Positions 55,706 through 64,000 of a DNA stretch of 64,000 nucleotides are shown here, piece after piece. The notes under the pieces are model-generated. The model was not told the origin of the DNA. It saw only the letters and a program-made list of their open reading frames with translations, and made no database searches. How positions within the stretch are numbered: the first letter of the stretch is position 1; the number at the start of each line of letters is the position of its first letter. Origin of the DNA: Anaeramoeba ignava BMAN (lineage: Eukaryota; Protista; Anaeramoebae). A program made the translations under genes and the position numbers. Location of the stretch: the NCBI GenBank assembly GCA_028826165.1, contig JAPDFW010000011.1:558001-622000 (forward strand), read 5' to 3'.

Positions 55706-56974
55706 ATGAATAATTTAAATAAGAATATTTTACAAATCAAATATTTTTTGGTTTTTTTATTTTTGTTTAAAATTTGTTATTCAACTAAAATTGGAATATT
55801 AAGTGATACTCATTGGGATTATTGGTATCAAAATGGAGCAGATGCAGATAAAATGTGTAGAAGTGGAAAAGGAAAAGCTGGTGAATTTGGTTATTCTAAA
55901 TGTGATACTCCTTTAATAATGCTTCAATCAATCGAAACATTTCTTTATTATGAAGATATTGATGTATTTTTCTATCTTGGAGATGCTTTACCTCATAAAT
56001 TCCCTGATACAAATCAAACAGCTCTTCAACTTGTTAAATATTTTTATTCTTCATTAATAAATTTAACTAATGAAAAAGGAATTCCTTTTTTTTGGACTTT
56101 GGGAAATACGGATTATGAACCAGATGGACAAATGCCTGCTCAAAAAAATTCATTTTATTATTTATTTGCTGATTTATTTCAAAATAAATTCTCAAAAGAT
56201 TCATTATTATCAATTCAAAAAGGAGGATATTATACTGAGAAATTTGGAAGCAATCAAAGAATTATTTCAATTAATTCAGTTATGCTTATGGAAGAAGATC
56301 AAGCAATTAATTTAACAAATCAAAATCCAGCTGATATGTTAACTTGGTTAGATCAAATTTTATCAGAAGCAGAAATTAATAATGAAAAAGTATGGATTTT
56401 AACACATGTTCCTTTAGGTGCAAAATTCCAAAGCAAGCATTTTACTTATAGAGATGATTTTAATGAATTACTTGTGAAAATTTATCAAAAATATTATAAA
56501 AATATTATTGCAGTTATTTCGGGTCATTTACATATTGATAGTTTTAGATTAATTTATGATACAACACATACTCAACCTCTTGTTGTTAATTTTATTTGTC
56601 CTGCTTCTACTTACTATGTTATGAAAAGTTATCCAAGTTATCGAGTTTTGAATTATAATGATTCAAATGAAGAAATATCAAATTGGATTCAATTTGTTAG
56701 TGATACAGAACAAGATAATTCACAAGGATTTGTTAATTTTTATAATTATTATGATACTAAAACATCATATGGAATCAATTTATTAACACCAAAAACAATT
56801 CATACTTTACTTAATGAAATGAAAGAAAATCAAGATTATTTTCAATCTTATTGGAATAATGTTCATGAAGGAATAAATTATGATTGTGATTCTTCTTGTG
56901 AAAGTTTAGAGTTATGTGCTTTGGAATATTGTTTATATCAAGAATTTGAAATTTGTAGGAATTCAACATTTTAA
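55706..56974 (+). CDS. Secreted acid sphingomyelinase-like metallophosphoesterase (SMPDL3-like)
   Basis: Signal peptide; SDTHWD, G.FG...CDTP, LGD..PH, LGN.D, GGYY, HVP, GHLH.DSFR, PSYR; Cys-rich C-terminus. Confidence 0.88.
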   Translation: MNNLNKNILQIKYFLVFLFLFKICYSTKIGILSDTHWDYWYQNGADADKMCRSGKGKAGEFGYSKCDTPLIMLQSIETFLYYEDIDVFFYLGDALPHKFPDTNQTALQLVKYFYSSLINLTNEKGIPFFWTLGNTDYEPDGQMPAQKNSFYYLFADLFQNKFSKDSLLSIQKGGYYTEKFGSNQRIISINSVMLMEEDQAINLTNQNPADMLTWLDQILSEAEINNEKVWILTHVPLGAKFQSKHFTYRDDFNELLVKIYQKYYKNIIAVISGHLHIDSFRLIYDTTHTQPLVVNFICPASTYYVMKSYPSYRVLNYNDSNEEISNWIQFVSDTEQDNSQGFVNFYNYYDTKTSYGINLLTPKTIHTLLNEMKENQDYFQSYWNNVHEGINYDCDSSCESLELCALEYCLYQEFEICRNSTF

Positions 56975-57306
56975 TTTAATTCAAAAATTTTAATTCAAAA
57001 ATTTAATTCAAAAAATTTAATTCAAAAAATTTAATTCAAAAAAAAAAAGATTAAACCTAAAAGAAACATTTTTTTTTCGTTCCACTTTTTTTTCACTTTT
57101 AAATTTGTTTATTTATTTATTAGTTATTAATTATTTATTTTAATTTCTTTAAATTAAGAAAATTAAAATTGAAGTTTCGAATTAAAAATTAAAAATAAAA
57201 AAAATAAAAATAATAAGATTTCATTTTTTTTTTTTACAATTTTTCAATAAAATTAAAATTAAAATTAAAATTAAAATTAAAATTAAAATTAAAATTAAAA
57301 TTAAAA

Positions 57307-59538
57307 ATGAATCCACCAAAACCAATAAGAAATTTACCACCTAAACCATTTACAAAAAATTTACCACCAAAACCGAAAACACTGCCACCAAAACCTGCTC
57401 TAAATCGAGGTAGGGGAATAAGTCCACCACCCAAACCAACTAATCCTCCTCCAAATAAACAAAATTTACAACAAGAAAATTTTCAGTTAAAAAAACCACC
57501 AACACCTCCCAAACCTCCAACATCACCACAATCGCCCTCAATACAGAAATATCAGTCACTGCCTTCATATAACATACCACCTGTTCGTAATGATCTCAAA
57601 TCACCGCGACAAGGAGCATTTCCTACAAACAAAACAGCATTTTTAGCACAAAAAGCAAATTTAGAAACAAAAGAAAATTTTGAAAAAAAAGAAAAATTTC
57701 AAACTGGAAATTTTTTGGCAAATAAACCAAAACAAAAAACACCATCTCCTCAACAAATCAACTTGCAAGAAGAAAATGGGAATATTAAGGAAGAAGATAT
57801 CAAAAAGGGGGATATTTTTAATGGAGAATTACAAGGGGAAGAAAAATCAAAACTAACAAGAAGAAAATTACCAAAAACACATTATGAAAAAAATGAGGAT
57901 TCACGACAACAACCCATACCTCCGCCCAGACCAACGCCGAAGAAAAGAGGGTTACCTCAGGTTCCTAATAGCGTGACAAATCAAAAAACGGAAGGGACAA
58001 ACTACACAAAAAAACTGCCACCAACCCCATTAGAAAGACCACTTCCGAATATTCCAACAAAAAACAAACAAGAGACACAGAGTCCAAACATAACGAGCAC
58101 AGTTTCTTTACCTGCAGGACCAAGAAAAAACATCCGCAGACAACTTCCACAAACTCCTAATTCAAAAACTCATTTGCCAGATCAAAGTTCTCAATTCCGG
58201 CAACCGCCAAATAATCCAAATATTTCAAATATAATCTCAACAAATCAAGACGATAATACAGACGAAAATGAGAGCGAGGATGATTTTCTTAATTCAATTC
58301 TTCTCCACGAATTCGCTTTTTCATCAAGACTTTTTGATGTTATTAAAAATAACAAAACAAAACATGATTCAATAAAAGATATTGGCGAGAAGGAAATTGC
58401 CGAAATGATGCAATCAATCCCAAGTTCTGAGTATGGAAACATCGAGAAAAATCCAGATCCAAAAAATCATCACAATGCTTTTGAAAATGTTGAAAATTTT
58501 GAAAATGTTGATTTAGGAATAGAAATTAAAAAGAAATGGTTTGGCAAAAAAAAGCATCGACAATCGCAGATGATACCACAACAACAAGAAATCACACCAA
58601 CACCGCAAATATCACAAGCTGTTCCTGAACCAACAGAGAAAAAACAGGGGCGATGGGCAAGATTTAAAAAGAAAACAACAAAACTGAAGGGGTTTTTAAC
58701 AAAGAAAAAAAACAAGGATAAAAAGTCTCAAATTGAAGATCCACTTCCTTCTCATTTGCAGACAAAAAACATCTCAACATCTCCGCAAACCAACAACAGC
58801 AACATTTCAAAAACAAAAACCAAAACCAAATCTAAATCTAAAACGCTTTCTCCAAACGATGCGATGTCGCCATCAAGTATAAAAAAGCAAATGGAAATGC
58901 AATCAAAAATTTTATTGGAACCAAGAAAAAAAATAATTAATGATAACGGCATTGCTTGCTTTGGAATACCCATTGAAACTCTATCTGAAAGAGAGCAAAG
59001 AGATTGCGCAAAGATTCCTGATTTTTTGACTCAAATTTTTGATTATATTGAAGAAAAAGCCAAATACACGACAGGAATATATCGTGTTTCTGGAATGCAT
59101 GATTCAATTGCTCAATATCAAAAAACAATTGATCAAGGAAAGCCCATTACTTTTTCTGATTTCGAACAACATGAAGCTTCGGGATTGCTCAAGTTATACT
59201 TCAGAATGCTTCCTGAGCCATTATTTTCAAATGAATTGAATCAAATTTTTTCAGAGAAATTTTCAGATGATATTTTTAGTGATGATCCTAATGTTGATAA
59301 ATATGATATTTTGAATCAAATCACTTCTTCAATGAAAAAATTATCACTTCCTAATCGTCTTTTGATTAATAAATTGCTTTCTCATTTGTTTGAGATTAGT
59401 TCTTATTCTCATTATAATAGTATGACTCCTTATAATTTGGCTATTTGTTTTTCGCCAACAACTCAAATTCCTATGCCTTTACTTACTTTTTTGATTAAGA
59501 ATTGGAATGACAATCGCTTAGATTGTAATGAAAACTAA
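57307..59538 (+). CDS. RhoGAP with a proline-rich N-terminus
   Basis: FGIPIE, IP.FL, GIYRVSG (Arg finger), ASGLLKLYFRMLPEPL, NSMTPYNLAICFSPT. Confidence 0.92.
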   Translation: MNPPKPIRNLPPKPFTKNLPPKPKTLPPKPALNRGRGISPPPKPTNPPPNKQNLQQENFQLKKPPTPPKPPTSPQSPSIQKYQSLPSYNIPPVRNDLKSPRQGAFPTNKTAFLAQKANLETKENFEKKEKFQTGNFLANKPKQKTPSPQQINLQEENGNIKEEDIKKGDIFNGELQGEEKSKLTRRKLPKTHYEKNEDSRQQPIPPPRPTPKKRGLPQVPNSVTNQKTEGTNYTKKLPPTPLERPLPNIPTKNKQETQSPNITSTVSLPAGPRKNIRRQLPQTPNSKTHLPDQSSQFRQPPNNPNISNIISTNQDDNTDENESEDDFLNSILLHEFAFSSRLFDVIKNNKTKHDSIKDIGEKEIAEMMQSIPSSEYGNIEKNPDPKNHHNAFENVENFENVDLGIEIKKKWFGKKKHRQSQMIPQQQEITPTPQISQAVPEPTEKKQGRWARFKKKTTKLKGFLTKKKNKDKKSQIEDPLPSHLQTKNISTSPQTNNSNISKTKTKTKSKSKTLSPNDAMSPSSIKKQMEMQSKILLEPRKKIINDNGIACFGIPIETLSEREQRDCAKIPDFLTQIFDYIEEKAKYTTGIYRVSGMHDSIAQYQKTIDQGKPITFSDFEQHEASGLLKLYFRMLPEPLFSNELNQIFSEKFSDDIFSDDPNVDKYDILNQITSSMKKLSLPNRLLINKLLSHLFEISSYSHYNSMTPYNLAICFSPTTQIPMPLLTFLIKNWNDNRLDCNEN

Positions 59539-59710
59539 TCTTAATCTAATCTAATCATTTTTCTTTTCTTTTCTTTTCTTTTCTTTTCTTTTCTTTTCTT
59601 TTCTTTTTGAATATGAAATTTATTAAATTTTTCAAACATTTTTAAAACATTTTTTAAAACATTTTTTAATGAATTTTAATTTTGATTTTAATCTTTCAAA
59701 TAAAAATCAA

Positions 59711-60517
59711 TCAAACATTTGAACAAATATTTAAACAAGAAGAAACAACAGTTCTACCAAAAGGAATATAAGATAAAGAGTACCAAAATAAAGAAAAAAT
59801 TTGCATTATAAGTAAAGGTATAACAATTATTGTTTTTTGAGATTTTGTTGCAACATAAAAAGTAAGAAAAGTCAAAAATAAATATAAAATTGAAGCAAGT
59901 CTTCTTGATTCTTCAAACATTGAACTAAATTGTTTTTTAAATCCAACTAAAAATCCTATACTTCCTATAATTATTAAATTCCCAAGTGTATACATTAATG
60001 CAAATTTTCGAGGACTAAAAGCAACTGGTGTTAATCTTATAAATGAGATTGCAATTGAAACAATTCCCAAAATAAACAATAAGACAAAACCTTTCAATCT
60101 CTTTTTATAAATTTTAATTTCAAAATGAATTTTATAAATGAATTTTAATTTCAAAATGAATTTTAATTTCAAAATGAATTTTAATTTTAATTTTAATTTT
60201 ATAAATGAATTTTAATTTTATAAATGAATTTTATAAATGAATTTTAATTTTATAAATGAATTTTATAAATGAATTTTAATTTTATAAATGAATTTTAATT
60301 TTATAAATGAATTTTATAAATGAATTATAATTTTAAAATAAATTTTGATTTGAATTTCAAAATGAATTTTAATTTCAATTTCAAAATGAATTTTAATTTC
60401 AAAATGAATTTAAATTTTATAAATGAATTATAATTTTACATCAGTTGTGCCAAGTGAATTATTTTCACTAGAAACTCCTTCTTTAATTGCATTAAATTTA
60501 TCTTTTATACTTTGCAT
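59711..60517 (-). CDS. SFT2: SFT2/Got1-family vesicle transport protein, 2 exons (intron 60101-60439)
   Basis: PRKFALMYTLGN, FLVGFKKQ..SMF...R, WYSLSYIPFGR; exon 1 MQSIKDKF...TTD. Confidence 0.85.
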
Positions 60518-60642
60518 TTAAATTTTTTAAAAATAAAAATGAAAAAAAAAATGAAAAAGTTTTTTTTTTAAAAATTTTTTAATTGAATTTTTTGGTTCTT
60601 TTTTTGATTTAAAAAAAAAAATTTTTATATAAATTTTCTTTT

Positions 60643-62392
60643 TCAAAAAGCAGAACGAGAAGATCGATTCGCAGCAAAACGAATAGCATTTGAGATAATT
60701 CTTGAACCATCAGTTTGGCTAAGCCAACCACCAATTAGATTTTTATCAGAAATAGGGAAAAAATTAAGAACAACAATTTCACCAGAATGTTCTTTTGGTT
60801 TTCGATGAATTATTAACGGAATTTCATTATCCCAGAAAGCAACAACCTCGCCATCATAAATATTCTGAGAATTCACACACAAACTTAATGTTCCACCATT
60901 GAAAGAATCGACACCTTCCATCAAAATATGATTTGGATCGAATTTTCCCATTTTTAAATTGCTTTTTTGATCCAAAATTGTTGATTTTTGAAATGGTATG
61001 AAATCATTGATAATTTCACCAACAAAATTGTCTTTTTCATGTCTTGTTGCAAGTAAATAAGGTGCACAAACAACTAATCCTCCTCCAAAACTACAGAATT
61101 GAAATAATACTTCACTAACTGCTGTGTTATCTTTCCAATTTGAATCTGAAAAAACAAATATAACATCATATTGTAAAAGAATTTCAATTTCTGGTGTAGA
61201 ATCTTTTCCATCTAATGTTTCGATTGTTAATATTCCACCTTCTTTGATTGAGTTAGTGATGTTTTGGAAGTAATCTGAGCGATCATCTGAAGAAAAGATA
61301 AGAACACTTATCTATTTTATATTAATTTTATAAATGAATTTTAATTTTATAAATGAATTTTAATTTTAATTTTAATTTTAATTTTAATTTTAATTTTAAT
61401 TTTAATTTTAATTTTATAAATGAATTTTATAAATGAATTTTAATTTTAATTTTAATTTTAATTTTAATTTTAATTTTAATTTTAATTTTAATTTTATAAA
61501 TGAATTTTAATTTTAATTTTAATTTTAATTTTAATTTTAATTTTAATTTTAATTTTAAATTTAATTTTAAAACAACCTCATCTAATCTTATTGGTGGCTT
61601 TCCTCTTCTTCCTTCATTCCTTGTTTCTTTTTCATTCGCTTTTTCTTGTAAAAGCATTATCATTTCTTGTGTATTAAAAAATTCAAAATCAAAAACTTCT
61701 TGAATTTCCTTTTTATTCATAATATCAACTTTAATATAAGGTAACAAATCAAGAATCTCTTCATAAAGAGAATTTCCAGTTGATTTGATTTGATTTCTTC
61801 CCCATTCAACAATTTGTTGAAACAATTCAAATTCTCTAATTGTGATTGAATTAGACATTAGAATTTCCTTAATAGTTTCTCTTGAAAAATTAACTAAAGC
61901 TTGAGAATCAGTAAGCAAATCAATAGAATTTTCACTGATAAAATCTGTTGTTTTTTTGACTAATTGATCAGTGGAAAAATACTTTCCAAACTCCAAAATT
62001 TGAAAACAATTATCTTGATTTATATTTTTCATCAAAACTTCAACACAAATATCAACTAATCCTAAAATGATATATTTATCAGCAGCTCTTAAAACATCAA
62101 AAACTGAATCACTATCAATATTGATTTCTCGAGTATAAACATATTCCATAACCTTAATAAAGGTTTCTGCTTGAAAATCAGGAACAACAACTTCTGCTAT
62201 TCTTTTTTGTGAAACCTCTTTCCATTTTAATCCATAAAACATTGTTTGCCACATTTCACTTGATGATGCTAACACTAGTTTGTGTGCATATACTATTTTT
62301 TTCTCTTCTCCACATATAAATTTCACATCTGCATATTTTTTATTGTTGATTAACTTTCTAAAAATATCTTCAATTTTTGGTAATTTTTCCAT
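60643..62392 (-). CDS. BTB/POZ-BACK protein with a C-terminal class-I-GATase/flavodoxin-like domain, 2 exons (intron 61312-61576)
   Basis: YADVKF, AHKLVLASSS..W..MF, AADKY, EFELF..IVEWG. Exon 2 opens at 61311: ISVLIFSSD...YDVIFVFSD...GGGLVV...HILMEGV.SF...A.W...PL...VVLNFFP.S. Confidence 0.85.
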
Positions 62393-62499
62393 TTTGTTAT
62401 TTTGTATTTAAGATTTTACAAAAAAAAAATGAAAAAAAAAATGAATTTTAAAAAAATATCAAAAAGAAAGAACTTTTTAAAAATAATTTAAAATTTTAA

Positions 62500-63210
62500 A
62501 TATTTGATTAAAAAATAATTCAAAAATTGATTTAATAATTGATTCAGAAATAATTCAAAAAATAATTCAAAAATTGATTCAAAAATAATTCAGAAATAAT
62601 TCAGAAATTGATTTAATAATTGAAATTCAGAAATTGATTCAGAAATGGATTCAGAAATGGATTTAATAATTGATTTAATAATTGATTTAATAATTGATTC
62701 AGAAATTGATTTAATAACTGATTCAAAAATAATTCAAAAATAATTCAAAAATAATTCAAAAATAATTCAAAAATAATTCAGAAATTGATTTAGAAATAAT
62801 TCAAAAATTGATTTAATAATTGATTCAGAAATTGATTTAGAAATTGATTAAAAAATAATTCAGAAATTGATTTAGAAATTGATTAAAAAATAATTCAAAA
62901 ATAATTCAAAAAATAATTAAAAAATAATTGATTCAGAAATAGATTCAGAAATTGATTTAATAATTGATTCAGAAATTGATTTAATAAATAATTCAAAAAT
63001 TGATTTGAAAATTGATTCAGAAATTGATTCAGAAATTGATTTAAAAATAATTCAGAAATTGATTTAATAATTGAAATTCAAAAATAATTCAGAAATGGAT
63101 TCAGAAATTGATTCAATAATTGATTCAAAAATTGATTCAGAAATTGATTTAATAATTGATTCAGAAATGGATTCAGAAATGGATTTAATAATTGAAATTC
63201 AGAAATGAAT
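62500..63210. repeat. Intergenic 11-12-bp mosaic satellite (AATTGATTCAGA / AAAAATAATTC / AATTGATTTAAT)
   Basis: Tandem units between the kelch stop codon and the BTB promoter. Confidence 0.8.
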
Positions 63211-63266
63211 TTGGAAAATAAAAAGAAAATTGAAAAATAAAAAGAAGAAAGAAGAAATAGAAAAAT

Positions 63267-64000
63267 TCAAATATCAGCGAATATATCCAATTCAAGAAAA
63301 TTCATCAATTCACTTTGAATATCCTTAACCAAATCCAATTTCCAAACATCATTCAAATGTTTAAAAGAATGTTCACGTTCCATAAATTCACCACCAAAAA
63401 TAATAATTGAATTATTTAAAATAGTTGCATTATGACAACTTCTTCTTGGGATTTTGAAGTAAATTTTTTTCTTTTTCCATTTATTTTCAATCAAATCAAA
63501 CTCAAAGGTTTCATCAAAATCTTCTCTTTTTGAAGATAATCTATATTGCCCGCCGACAATTATCATTCTAGATTTGTAAAGAAGAGCAGTTGGAGAACTA
63601 CAAGGTGGAGGGATAAGAAAATCTGAAGGTAAGATAATTTTCCTCCAATGACAGAAATCCAAAGAATAAGAATAAAGATCATTGAGAGCATCTTCATTTA
63701 AATCAACTCCACCAAAGATGTATATTTGATTTTCAAACAAAACTCCAACATGCGATGATCTTTCTGCTGGCACTTCTCCAAATCCTTTCACTTCTCGCCA
63801 TTTTTTCTCATTTAATGTGTAATACCACATGTCGTTTGTTCGAACTCCATCATGGTTTAATCTTCCTCCAAATATTATCATCTCATCATTGTGGAAAAAT
63901 GCTACATGTGAATGTCTTCCTTTTGGTTCTTGTGGTAGTGATTTCCAATTGTATGTTTTTAAATCAAGTTCAAAAAAATCATCTAAAAAATCAAATATAA
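63267..64000 (-). CDS. Kelch-repeat protein (LZTR1/Rab9-effector type), 3' part
   Basis: GRHSH, MIIFGG..NDMW.Y....W, RSSH..IYIFGG..LNDLY, RSCH..IIIFGG..LNDVW. Confidence 0.85.
   Translation of the reverse strand, partial: IFDFLDDFFELDLKTYNWKSLPQEPKGRHSHVAFFHNDEMIIFGGRLNHDGVRTNDMWYYTLNEKKWREVKGFGEVPAERSSHVGVLFENQIYIFGGVDLNEDALNDLYSYSLDFCHWRKIILPSDFLIPPPCSSPTALLYKSRMIIVGGQYRLSSKREDFDETFEFDLIENKWKKKKIYFKIPRRSCHNATILNNSIIIFGGEFMEREHSFKHLNDVWKLDLVKDIQSELMNFLELDIFADI

Overview
Very AT-rich, gene-dense DNA from a microbial eukaryote with GT-AG spliceosomal introns and the standard genetic code. The poly-NQ/NE coding tracts, microsatellite-filled introns, BTB-BACK/kelch genes and TCAT initiator-like promoters resemble an anaerobic metamonad such as Anaeramoeba (inference, not verified). 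About 19-20 protein genes are present: a divergent actin-related protein, CSN3, a degenerate topoisomerase II, an F-box/TMEM185-like fusion, an SLC35F6-like transporter, a SAPS/PP6 regulatory subunit, a giant BEACH-WD40 protein, DDX27/DRS1, a five-LIM protein, a DH-PH RhoGEF, Vps33, importin-7/8, a UBC4-type E2, a VARP-like VPS9 protein, an SMPDL3-like phosphoesterase, a RhoGAP, SFT2, a BTB-BACK fusion and a kelch protein. Several frameshifts in homopolymers or repeats look like long-read errors. Main highlights: (1) an intact-ORF Top2 core with no ATPase domain, the catalytic Arg-Tyr replaced by His-His and the C-gate replaced by an N/Q tract; (2) TTTCATTT Inr-like elements, often tandem, in front of essentially every gene; (3) unusual intron architecture, including A-tract/AAG acceptors, an array of decoy TTTAG acceptors and a shared sense-strand intronic 19-mer in five unrelated genes; (4) a ~28-copy ~59-bp array in the BEACH 3' flank. 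No rRNA, tRNA, CRISPR array, intein or transposon was recognised.
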